This document shows positions 9,207 to 16,988 of a stretch of DNA of 64,000 bases, piece by piece. A program made the translations under genes and the position numbers. The stretch is taken from positions 558,503 to 622,502 of the forward strand of contig JBAZWB010000001.1 of NCBI GenBank assembly GCA_041660605.1, in the 5' to 3' direction. Under the pieces are notes generated by a model. The model was not told where the DNA came from. It saw only the letters and a program-made list of their open reading frames with translations, and searched no databases. Origin of the DNA: Patescibacteria group bacterium (GTDB lineage: Bacteria; Patescibacteriota; Patescibacteriia; UBA10025; JAHIVO01). The first letter of the stretch is position 1. Each line of letters opens with the position of its first letter.

Positions 9207-10928
9207 ATGAAAAGCAGGCTTACATTAATAATTATTATTAGCATAGCCTTTCTTTGGCTGCCTTTAAAATCAGTAAAAGCAGCTGAAATTGTTGATTCTT
9301 TTGAGACCAATATTGAGATCAATAAAGACAGCAGTTTTAAGGTAACTGAGACAATTAATTATGATTTTGGAGATGGCAGCAGCCATGGTATTTACAGGAA
9401 GATCCCTTATAGTTACTCACGAAATTCTGCTAAATACAATATCAGGATGAAGGTTTTATCGGTTACCGATGAAAATGGGAATGCCTGGGAATACACTACC
9501 TCAAGGCTAGGCGGGGAATTATCGATAAAAATTGGAAATTCCAACGTCTATGTGACCGGTAAACACCAATTTAATATTATTTATGAAGTCCAAAGGGCAA
9601 TCAACTATTTTTCAGATCATGATGAACTGTACTGGAATGTAACCGGCGATAAATGGGAAGTGCCGATCAGCTCAGTCGTAGCGCAAATCTTCGTTCCAGG
9701 GAGCGTCAATCAATCAGATTTCAAAATGACATGCTATACTGGTGCATTTGGTTCAGCCGCTCAGAACTGTCAAAATTCAGTTACCGGTGATAACATTGAT
9801 TTCAATGCCGTTGATCTCGGTGCGTATGAGAACCTGAGCGTGGTCCTTGGTTGGCCCAAAGGGATTACTAATAAACCGACATCCAGCCAGCAGGTTGGCT
9901 GGTTCCTTGCAGATAATTGGCCGGTTTTTATCCCATTGTTTTTTCTCATAATTATGTTTTATTTATGGTACACCCGCGGCCGTGACCCGAAAGGTAAAGG
10001 CACTATAGTTCCACAGTATGAACCTGTGGATAAAATCACTGCTGGAGAGTTAGGGACGGTGGTTGATGAAAGAGTTGACTTAAAAGATATCTCTGCCACA
10101 ATAATCCAGTTGGCCGTTAAAGGTTATTTAAAAATCCGGGAGGTCGAAGAAAAAAAGCTATTTAAGAATTCTAAAAATTACGATCTGATAAAGCTAAAGG
10201 AAGCTGATGATAAGTTATTGAAATTTGAAAAATTAGTTTTCAATGGAATTTTTGATTCAAAAAAATCAATAAACATATCTGATTTAAAAAATAAATTCTA
10301 TGTACATCTTAAGGATATTAAACAATCAATGTATGATCTAGTAGTGACAGACGGTTATTTCCCATCCGATCCGGAATCGGTCAGAAGGATTTACTTAGGC
10401 ATATCTGCTTTGATCCTGCCAATTGGTTTTTTTATCTTCATCGGTTTTTCTAACTCCTTAGCCGGATTTAGCATGATCGCTATTGGTATGATCGCTATGA
10501 TATTCTCCCGCGCCATGCCCAGGAGAACGAAGAAAGGTGCCGAAGCGCACGAACATATACTTGGATTCAAATGGTTTTTATCAGTGACCGAAACCGAAAG
10601 ATTAAAGTTTCATAATGCGCCAGATAAATCGCCCAAACAATTTGAAGAATTTTTACCATACGCCATGGCTCTGGGTGTGGAAAACGAATGGGCTAAACAG
10701 TTTGCTGGCATTTATTTGACTCCGCCTGATTGGTATGAGGGACGGGTTGGCACTGCTTTTGGTGCCTGGTATTTAGCCAGTTCACTTGGATCATTTTCCA
10801 CCAATATGAATCAGGCAATGGTTGCTTCTCCCAGAGGAACCTCAACGGCTGGTTTTGGCGGCTCTGGTTTTGGCGGCGGAGGCTTTTCTGGCGGTGGTTT
10901 TGGCGGCGGGGGAGGGGGAAGCTGGTAA
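9207..10928 (+). CDS. DUF2207 domain membrane protein with C-terminal Gly-rich tail
   Basis: 573 aa. Signal peptide, large extracytoplasmic domain, TM segments, GGSGFGGGGFSGGGFGGGGGGSW tail typical of the DUF2207 family. Confidence 0.65.
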   Translation: MKSRLTLIIIISIAFLWLPLKSVKAAEIVDSFETNIEINKDSSFKVTETINYDFGDGSSHGIYRKIPYSYSRNSAKYNIRMKVLSVTDENGNAWEYTTSRLGGELSIKIGNSNVYVTGKHQFNIIYEVQRAINYFSDHDELYWNVTGDKWEVPISSVVAQIFVPGSVNQSDFKMTCYTGAFGSAAQNCQNSVTGDNIDFNAVDLGAYENLSVVLGWPKGITNKPTSSQQVGWFLADNWPVFIPLFFLIIMFYLWYTRGRDPKGKGTIVPQYEPVDKITAGELGTVVDERVDLKDISATIIQLAVKGYLKIREVEEKKLFKNSKNYDLIKLKEADDKLLKFEKLVFNGIFDSKKSINISDLKNKFYVHLKDIKQSMYDLVVTDGYFPSDPESVRRIYLGISALILPIGFFIFIGFSNSLAGFSMIAIGMIAMIFSRAMPRRTKKGAEAHEHILGFKWFLSVTETERLKFHNAPDKSPKQFEEFLPYAMALGVENEWAKQFAGIYLTPPDWYEGRVGTAFGAWYLASSLGSFSTNMNQAMVASPRGTSTAGFGGSGFGGGGFSGGGFGGGGGGSW

Positions 10929-11071
10929 ATCTCATTTTTAACTATAAATTATCCACTTGACATATTCCATATATATGGTAACTTTATGCGAAGCTTAATA
11001 GCACCTTGATATAGTACATTTTTAAGGAATCTTGTCAGCCATAGAAAATCTAATAATTAATTATTAGGACT

Positions 11072-11263
11072 ATGACTTACGAGTTCATGGTCCTTTTTGG
11101 TGGAAGTCTCGTTTTTATTTCGCTGCGGCGCAATAATCACAGTAGGCATTCACGAAAAAGGATACCACAATCACTCAAAATAATCGGCTTTCTTGTCGAG
11201 TTGGCAGTTGTAACAGTCGGAGTTTCTACGTTGATGATTGGATTAATCGGTTTTTTGAGATAG
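11072..11263 (+). CDS. Small hydrophobic protein (2 predicted TM). Possibly non-coding
   Basis: 63 aa. AGGA 4 nt before ATG. Followed by a strong intrinsic terminator. Confidence 0.25.
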   Translation: MTYEFMVLFGGSLVFISLRRNNHSRHSRKRIPQSLKIIGFLVELAVVTVGVSTLMIGLIGFLR

Positions 11264-11270
11264 ATGTGTA

Positions 11271-11310
11271 AAGACTTGGATCTACGGATTCAAGTCTTTT
11301 CTTTTTTAAT
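11271..11310 (+). terminator. Rho-independent terminator
   Basis: AAGACTTG-12 nt loop-CAAGTCTT, then TTCTTTTTT. Confidence 0.6.
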
Positions 11311-11312
11311 GC

Positions 11313-11341
11313 TTGACAAGACCATTCTTTTAGTATATAAT
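11313..11341 (+). promoter_or_regulatory. Consensus sigma70 promoter TTGACA-17-TATAAT
   Basis: TTGACA 11313-11318, 17-nt spacer, TATAAT 11336-11341. Drives the small AbrB-like gene and rlmH. Confidence 0.6.
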
Positions 11342-11385
11342 TAGTATATACTATTTAATTACTAACACTATAAGAACCATATAAC

Positions 11386-11562
11386 ATGACTAAATATCAT
11401 CCGAAAATAACGCGTAAGATCTTCCAAACCGGGAAATATAGTTATATAATTACCATACCCAAAGATTTGATCAGGTATCTGGGATGGCAAAAAGGTGATA
11501 GTATTGAAATGGATGTTGATAAGGCCGGTAAAAAGCTTTTAATTAGTAAATTTAAATTTTAA
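11386..11562 (+). CDS. SpoVT/AbrB (MazE-like swapped-hairpin) DNA-binding protein, 58 aa, not in ORF track
   Basis: Translation MTKYHPKITRKIFQTGKYSYIITIPKDLIRYLGWQKGDSIEMDVDKAGKKLLISKFKF. The ..IPK.....G...GD.V motif is typical of AbrB/MazE antitoxin-like folds. Stop lies 5 nt before the rlmH start. Confidence 0.6.
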   Translation: MTKYHPKITRKIFQTGKYSYIITIPKDLIRYLGWQKGDSIEMDVDKAGKKLLISKFKF

Positions 11563-11567
11563 GAAAT

Positions 11568-12038
11568 ATGCTTAATATAATAATAATCTGTGTTGGTAGC
11601 GTCAAAGAGTCATTTTGGCGGGAGGCAATCAGTGAATATACTAAAAGACTTTCGCCATATGCAAAAATCGAGATCAAAGAAATTCCTGAGGAAAAAATAA
11701 GTAAAATTACCGATCGCCAGAGAATTTTAAAAATTGAAGGAGAGAAAATCAGTAAAGCCATTCCCGATAGGGCATTTATAGTAGCCTTAGAACGGAATGG
11801 CGTAACGTTTAATAGTGTTGAATGGGCAAAAAAACTTGACGAATGGTCTTTACACGGGCAGCAGATAGTTTTTATTATTGGCGGGCCGTTAGGTTTATAC
11901 TCGGAAATACTCAAACGTGCCGCAGTCTTGCTGTCATTTTCTAAAATGACTTTTACCCATCAAATGTCGCAAATTGTACTGCTTGAACAGATTTATCGCG
12001 GAGTAATGATTACACGCGGTAAAATCTACCATTACTAA
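11568..12038 (+). CDS. rlmH: 23S rRNA (pseudouridine1915-N3)-methyltransferase RlmH
   Basis: 156 aa SPOUT methyltransferase. IVFIIGGPLGL and C-terminal LSFSKMTFTHQM motifs. Confidence 0.85.
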   Translation: MLNIIIICVGSVKESFWREAISEYTKRLSPYAKIEIKEIPEEKISKITDRQRILKIEGEKISKAIPDRAFIVALERNGVTFNSVEWAKKLDEWSLHGQQIVFIIGGPLGLYSEILKRAAVLLSFSKMTFTHQMSQIVLLEQIYRGVMITRGKIYHY

Positions 12039-12105
12039 TTATATTTGGCGAAAATTTAAAACATTCCCAAAAGGCGTGTTTTTTGTTAGAATAAATTAAT
12101 ATCCT

Positions 12106-12195
12106 CAGCCAGCCCGCTCCGCTTCGCGGAGCGAGGCCGGGGAGGCTGATCCCCGCCCACCTGCTACCTCAGGTAGCGGGCGCGGCGCCTTTGGC
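12106..12195. other. GC-rich multi-hairpin intergenic element
   Basis: CGCTCCGC-UUCG-GCGGAGCG (cUUCGg tetraloop), flanked by TCAGCC/GGCTGA. A second hairpin follows: CGCCC-acct-GCTACC-tca-GGTAGC-GGGCG. It is the only GC-rich stretch in an AT-rich neighbourhood. Confidence 0.35.
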
Positions 12196-12215
12196 GGAAA
12201 TTAATAAAAATATCA

Positions 12216-13217
12216 ATGAAACTTAGGAATATAACTTTGTTCGCTTCACTGGCAATTATGTTTGCTGCTTTTTTATGGGCTTTTGACGGTGTGGTTCTGA
12301 CTCCATGGGTGCAGAATTTAGGCCTGTCTGATGTGCCCACTTTTGTTTTTATGCTGCATATAACTGCATCAGTTTTTTTAACATATTTTTTAATAAAAAA
12401 ATGGAATGAATTAAAAAACTTACAAAAGCCTGACTGGTTGGCGTTTGTCTTAACGGCCATATTTGGAGGAGCACTCGGTACCATGGCTATTGTTGCCGCC
12501 ATATTGAAAGTTTACAGCGCCGGGATGAATATCAGCGTTGTTTTGCTTTTGCAAAAGATACAGCCAGTTTTTGCTATTTTACTGGCACTGCTGATGCTGA
12601 AAGAAAAGCCCAGGAAAATATTTTATTGGCTGGCTGTTTTATCATTAATTGGCAGTTATTTGCTGACTTTTGGTTTTGCCCGACCTGATCTAAGCGCTCA
12701 GGGTATGCTGATACCAGCGCTATTAGCGATTCTTGCCTCATTTTCGTTCGGTTCTTCAACAGTTTTTTCAAAAAAAGCCATAACTAAAGTCAGTCATGGC
12801 ATGGGTACGGCCCTGAGATTTTTTCTGACTACTTTAATAATGCTAATTGTTATTACGGTAATTTCATTATTAAATCGTGGCGGGATAAATACAACTTATG
12901 CCGGCTTCTCTGGATTTAATGCTTTAAATGGAAATTTAATTGGCGCATTTATCGTTATCGCCCTAACCACCGGCGGTACAGCAATCTTCATCTATTATTG
13001 GGGTCTGAAGAGAGTGCAGGCTACGCGCTCGACAATTTTAGAACTGATGTTTCCTGTTAGTGCCGTGGTGCTGGAATATTTAATTCACGGAAAAGTCCTG
13101 AATTTTGGGCAATGGATAGGAGCAGTTATTGTCGTGGTTTCGATTTATTTTATAGTTCGACCAAAAAATTCCCTCGTTACTAATGGCGCAATTCCTACAA
13201 AAGATCAGCAAATATAA
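12216..13217 (+). CDS. EamA/DMT superfamily transporter
   Basis: 333 aa, about 10 TM, two EamA-like repeats. Confidence 0.65.
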   Translation: MKLRNITLFASLAIMFAAFLWAFDGVVLTPWVQNLGLSDVPTFVFMLHITASVFLTYFLIKKWNELKNLQKPDWLAFVLTAIFGGALGTMAIVAAILKVYSAGMNISVVLLLQKIQPVFAILLALLMLKEKPRKIFYWLAVLSLIGSYLLTFGFARPDLSAQGMLIPALLAILASFSFGSSTVFSKKAITKVSHGMGTALRFFLTTLIMLIVITVISLLNRGGINTTYAGFSGFNALNGNLIGAFIVIALTTGGTAIFIYYWGLKRVQATRSTILELMFPVSAVVLEYLIHGKVLNFGQWIGAVIVVVSIYFIVRPKNSLVTNGAIPTKDQQI

Positions 13218-14835
13218 GCTGGAATTAATATTGGCGGTTATTGTCTTAGCGAGCCGTCTGCCTTTGATGTCAAAATATTTTTACAGCTGGGATGCGGCCC
13301 AGCTTTCTTTGGCATTCAAGCATTTCGATATTTCCATGCACCAGCCGCATCCGCCTGGCTATATTTTATATGTTTTTTTAGGTAAACTGATATTTTATTT
13401 AACAGGCAATGCCAACCTCGCTTATGTAATTTTAAGCATTATCGCCACTATTGTGGCGGCTGTATTATTTTATCATTTACTTAAGCTTTTATTAAAAGAT
13501 ATTCGTACATCATTTTTGATATCTTTAGCGCTGGTTTTTAATCCATATTTTTGGTACTACGGTGAAGTGACTTCAACCTATATATTTGATGCGCTTTTTT
13601 CAATGCTTTTTGTTTATTTTGCAGTATTAATTATAAAAAAAGAGGAATGGCGCTATTTTTATTATTTTTCTGCGGCTCTGGCTTTATCAGGCGGTTTCCG
13701 CCAAAGTATCGTGATTTTATTTGTACCTATGTGGGTCTATTTACTCGTACTGTTTATAATCCGTAAGAATTTTAATTTGAAAAAAATATTGATCAGCTGT
13801 CTAGTTGGGTTGCTATTTTTAGGGGTGTGGCTGGTGCCATTACTAATTATTACCGGCGGTTGGCATGAATGGTGGGGAACTTCACAGTATCAATGGTCAG
13901 CCGCCAGCCAGCCAACTTCTATATTTGCCGACGCCAGTCTGGCAGTAGTGAAAGATAATTTTTTACAAATTGTTAAGGTAAGCTTAGCCGTAATAAATGC
14001 CTGTCTACTTGGAATAATTGCCTTGTTGTTTGGATGGAAAAAATGGCGGAATTTCAGCATAAAAAATCATTTAATCAGAAATCCGCAATTTTATCTTTTT
14101 GTATTATGGCTTGGCGCCTCTTATTTTGTCTATATATTTATGCATTTTGGCAACCGCGGTTATTTGATGACAGTGGTGGCTGCTTTTGTAATTATGCTCT
14201 TAAACCCCATAGTCTGGTTCGCAAAAAATAAATGGGTTATATCATTAATTATAATTATTTTATTGGCCGAAATCGGCAGTTTTCTGGCAATTGATTCTTC
14301 GCTTGTCAGGAATAATAATATATTAAACCGAGTACGCACAAAGATATATAGTTATAATATCTGGAAAAATTATTTCGCTTACCAGGGTATCAGGGGTTTT
14401 GATGATGAAATAGGGGAGTATTTAGTGGCCATTGAAAAATACAATCCTGAAACAACGGCCGTAATGACGCACCACGGTTGGCAGTACCGTTTACCAGGCT
14501 CAGAAACCTGGGTGCGTGATTATACGGAGCTTTTCCGGCATTATAGTTATTACCTGCCTCAATACAGTGTCTATGAAACATTGTGGGGAAATTCGAAAAT
14601 GTTTTTTTATGAAAAAGATCATATAATGTCATTAGTAAGCTCGCAGACAATATCTCTGCCAGCTAAAATAAATAAAATAGTAATCATTGCTGAAGAAATT
14701 GACAGGGATATTATTAAGAAAGACAATATCAAATTTGACGTACTGCCAAGTGGCAGAAAATTATTTTATATTAATTTGTCTGTAGGCAGTGCCCAACCTT
14801 ACGGAAATTATACAATAAATAATAATTTAAAATAA
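13183..14835 (+). CDS. DUF2723-like polytopic membrane protein (putative GT-C fold glycosyltransferase)
   Basis: 550 aa. SWDAAQ...HQPHPPGYILY motif in first extracytoplasmic loop resembles the HPPGYPL motif of DUF2723/PMT-like GT-C enzymes. More than 10 TM. Confidence 0.45.
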   Translation: MAQFLQKISKYKLELILAVIVLASRLPLMSKYFYSWDAAQLSLAFKHFDISMHQPHPPGYILYVFLGKLIFYLTGNANLAYVILSIIATIVAAVLFYHLLKLLLKDIRTSFLISLALVFNPYFWYYGEVTSTYIFDALFSMLFVYFAVLIIKKEEWRYFYYFSAALALSGGFRQSIVILFVPMWVYLLVLFIIRKNFNLKKILISCLVGLLFLGVWLVPLLIITGGWHEWWGTSQYQWSAASQPTSIFADASLAVVKDNFLQIVKVSLAVINACLLGIIALLFGWKKWRNFSIKNHLIRNPQFYLFVLWLGASYFVYIFMHFGNRGYLMTVVAAFVIMLLNPIVWFAKNKWVISLIIIILLAEIGSFLAIDSSLVRNNNILNRVRTKIYSYNIWKNYFAYQGIRGFDDEIGEYLVAIEKYNPETTAVMTHHGWQYRLPGSETWVRDYTELFRHYSYYLPQYSVYETLWGNSKMFFYEKDHIMSLVSSQTISLPAKINKIVIIAEEIDRDIIKKDNIKFDVLPSGRKLFYINLSVGSAQPYGNYTINNNLK

Positions 14836-14848
14836 ATTTGGACTTTTA

Positions 14849-14948
14849 GACCCCCTCGCTTTCGCTCGGGGCAAAATTTTTAGTAGCACTGGGCCCTCAC
14901 TATGCTCGGGGCAGTTTTAGGTCCTTCGCTACGCTCAGGGCGAACATG
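14849..14948. repeat. Three tandem imperfect about 30-bp GC-rich direct repeats, core CCYTCRCTNYGCTCRGGGC
   Basis: GACCCCCTCGCTTTCGCTCGGGGCA / GGGCCCTCACTATGCTCGGGGCA / GTCCTTCGCTACGCTCAGGGCGA. A fourth copy lies at 15346-15368 (TCCCTCACTTTGTTCGGGGCTCC). Confidence 0.45.
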
Positions 14949-14971
14949 CAAATCAAAAATTTGCATGTTCG
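14941..14971 (+). promoter_or_regulatory. Perfect inverted repeat (13-bp arms, 5-bp spacer) overlapping the promoter -35: candidate operator
   Basis: CGAACATGCAAAT-caaaa-ATTTGCATGTTCG. The right arm contains the TTGCAT -35 hexamer. Confidence 0.55.
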
Positions 14972-14989
14972 GTTTTTATTCGGTATAAT
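14961..14989 (+). promoter_or_regulatory. Promoter TTGCAT-17-TATAAT giving a leaderless or near-leaderless transcript
   Basis: TTGCAT 14961-14966, TATAAT 14984-14989, ATG at 14996. Confidence 0.5.
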
Positions 14990-14995
14990 ATAATC

Positions 14996-15280
14996 ATGAC
15001 AGTTATCTATGAAAAGCCACATGAAATAATTCGTGTCTTCGCGGATTTTCAAGTTCCGCACCTTGGAAAAGGTGCGGTGGAGCGTTTTGGGAATGTACGG
15101 CCGGTGGCTTTTTTTTGGGGCGGACGGCGGTATGAAGTAAAAAAAGTCAATCTGATTTTTCGCAAGCAAAGAGGAGACCGTTATGACATTTGCTTCGCGG
15201 TTTCCGATGAGGCCAACGCTTTTGTCTTATCATATAATCCGGAGAGCATGGAGTGGTGGCTGGAGGAAGTACGATGTTAA
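14996..15280 (+). CDS. Small hypothetical protein upstream of Y-family polymerase (candidate UmuD-analogue / YolD-like accessory subunit, unverified)
   Basis: 94 aa. No S24 peptidase Ser/Lys dyad. Positioned as the first gene of the operon with the UmuC-like polymerase. GC-rich like its partner. Confidence 0.45.
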   Translation: MTVIYEKPHEIIRVFADFQVPHLGKGAVERFGNVRPVAFFWGGRRYEVKKVNLIFRKQRGDRYDICFAVSDEANAFVLSYNPESMEWWLEEVRC

Positions 15281-15527
15281 TTAATAGTCACTCTGAGTGC
15301 AACGAAGAGTCACCTGACCTTCGGTCAGGAGATTCTCGCGTCGCTCCCTCACTTTGTTCGGGGCTCCTCAGAATGACAGAAAATGAACCGTTTATATTAT
15401 GCGACGAATTATCCTCCATTTCGACCCCGCATTTTTGATTATTCTATCTGGGTGCGGGGTGTCGCCCCACGGAAGAGAGAATTGTTTATTATAACTGAGT
15501 GCCTCGTGGGGCTCCACATGAATTATT

Positions 15528-16787
15528 ATGAAGCATAAGCGCATTATTTTACATTTTGATATGAATTCATATTTCGCCAGCGTGGAGCAGCAGGCTAACC
15601 CTTTTTTGCGGGGCAAACCGCTGGGAGTATGCTCAACCATGTCATACCGCGGCTGCATTATCGCTTCGTCAAAGGAAGCAAAAAAAGTCGGGATTAAAAC
15701 CGGCTGCCGCGTCAATGAAGCCCTGGAGATTTATAAAGATGTTATCCTGGTGGAAGTTGATCCGCCGAAGTATCGCTCTACTACTCAGCGGATTTTTTCC
15801 TTGTGTGCGGAATACACCGAGCAGATTGAGGCTTACTCCATTGATGAGGCGTTTCTGGATCTGACCGGCACGGTAAGTTCGCTTGAAGAGGCTGAAAAAA
15901 TCGCCAGGGAGATCCAGCTGCGCATTAAAAATGAAATAGGCGAGTGGCTAGGATGTTCAATGGGCATAGCGCCGACGCGCTGGCTGGCTAAATTTGGCAG
16001 CGACACCGCGCCTAAGGGTGGCATTGTTTTATTGGCCAGAGAAAATTTGCATCAGTATTTAAAAGGCCGCGACGTGCAGGAGGCCTGGGGGATTGCCGGA
16101 GCCATGGCCAGCCGCTTGGCAGAGTGCGGTATCTATACTCTTGACCAGCTGGCAGATTATCCGGTGCAGAACCTGATTTCCGTCATGGGCATCCAGGGAT
16201 ATTATTTATGGGCCAACGTGAATGGGATGGAACTGTCCGGCCTGGAGGTGAAGCGGCCGCCTAAGACCATCGGGCATTCGCATGTCCTGAAAAAGCGCAG
16301 TACCGACGCCAAGTTCAATCAGGCAGTGATTATGCGTTTGGCTGAGCGGACGGGCCGGCGCCTGCGCGACCAAGGCCTTGAAGCCCATGGCATCTATTGG
16401 GCTGTACAGTTTGACGACCGCGAAGGGCTCCATGGCAGCAAAAGGCTGGGCTATCCCATGCTGACTACCAGCCAGATCTTTCATTTTGTCTGGCAGACAG
16501 TGGCGCCGGCGGTGGCCAGGAACAAGCCGGGGTTTTTTGCCCTGGGTCTTTTCGGCTTGCGGCCGCAGGTGAACCAACTGTCGCTTTTTAGCGGTAAAAA
16601 AAGGCTGTCGCCGGAATTGTCGCGGGCTTTGGACGAGATAAATAATAAATACGGCGAAGAAACGGTGGTTCAGGGGCCATTGATAAATCTTGACGGCAGG
16701 CATGTGCCTGACCGCGTCGGGTTCAGAAAAACGATGGAAGCGGAGTTCAGCGGTATTGGCAATGAATACATCAGTGAAAGTGACTAG
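15528..16787 (+). CDS. Y-family DNA polymerase (UmuC/PolV-like translesion polymerase)
   Basis: 419 aa. ILHFDMNSYFASVEQ catalytic N-terminus. YRGCIIASSKEAK and SIDEAFLDLTG motifs resemble UmuC more than DinB. GC content far above the genome background. Confidence 0.85.
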   Translation: MKHKRIILHFDMNSYFASVEQQANPFLRGKPLGVCSTMSYRGCIIASSKEAKKVGIKTGCRVNEALEIYKDVILVEVDPPKYRSTTQRIFSLCAEYTEQIEAYSIDEAFLDLTGTVSSLEEAEKIAREIQLRIKNEIGEWLGCSMGIAPTRWLAKFGSDTAPKGGIVLLARENLHQYLKGRDVQEAWGIAGAMASRLAECGIYTLDQLADYPVQNLISVMGIQGYYLWANVNGMELSGLEVKRPPKTIGHSHVLKKRSTDAKFNQAVIMRLAERTGRRLRDQGLEAHGIYWAVQFDDREGLHGSKRLGYPMLTTSQIFHFVWQTVAPAVARNKPGFFALGLFGLRPQVNQLSLFSGKKRLSPELSRALDEINNKYGEETVVQGPLINLDGRHVPDRVGFRKTMEAEFSGIGNEYISESD

Positions 16788-16791
16788 ATGC

Positions 16792-16820
16792 TTGCAAGGG
16801 AAAAATAACTGTGCTATAGT
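16792..16820 (+). promoter_or_regulatory. Promoter TTGCAA-17-TATAGT
   Basis: Lies immediately after the polymerase stop codon (16785-16787). Confidence 0.45.
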
Positions 16821-16826
16821 GCAGGC

Positions 16827-16938
16827 ATGAATATTTTAGCAGCAAATAATAATTGGCAAACTGCCCTGAAAGCTGGGTAGTGTTGTGCTGTTAAAGTAAT
16901 TTATTTGATAAGCACTGCCCAGCTAGGGCAGTTTTTTT
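16827..16938 (+). ncRNA. Candidate about 110-nt small RNA (promoter to terminator, no ORF)
   Basis: Bounded by the TTGCAA-17-TATAGT promoter and the CTGCCC-agcta-GGGCAG-T7 terminator. Internal stem ACUGCCC/GGGUAGU. No start codon or SD. Confidence 0.35.
16915..16938 (+). terminator. Rho-independent terminator
   Basis: CTGCCC agcta GGGCAG followed by TTTTTTT. Confidence 0.65.
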
Positions 16939-16988
16939 GTTATATATATGAGAAAAATATATTTTATGAAAAACAGATGTACGTTTAA

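Noticed and set aside
10929-11310. Possible tmRNA, given the about 350-nt promoter-to-terminator span
   Set aside because: No resume-codon/tag-peptide-like reading frame and no tRNA-like T-arm or CCA end. The span contains a plausible small hydrophobic ORF instead.
12164-12502. 112-aa minus-strand ORF overlapping the GC-rich hairpin element and the 5' end of the EamA transporter
   Set aside because: It overlaps a well-supported transporter gene and starts inside a hairpin cluster. Likely spurious.
14941-14971. Calling the palindrome a canonical LexA Cheo box
   Set aside because: Cheo boxes are CGAAC-N4-GTTCG. Here the same pentamers are 21 nt apart (and 0 nt apart in the 35.4/37.5 kb elements), so identity with LexA sites is not supported, only half-site resemblance.
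15253-15715. ORFs 15253..15438 (+, 61 aa) and 15392..15715 (-, 107 aa) in the gap between the small gene and the polymerase
   Set aside because: They lie in a hairpin-rich GC-dense intergenic stretch, overlap each other and the polymerase 5' end, and have no SD or promoter. Most likely open frames caused by GC richness.
16206-16703. 165-aa antisense ORF inside the Y-family polymerase gene
   Set aside because: It is fully embedded antisense in a strongly supported CDS. High GC suppresses stop codons.
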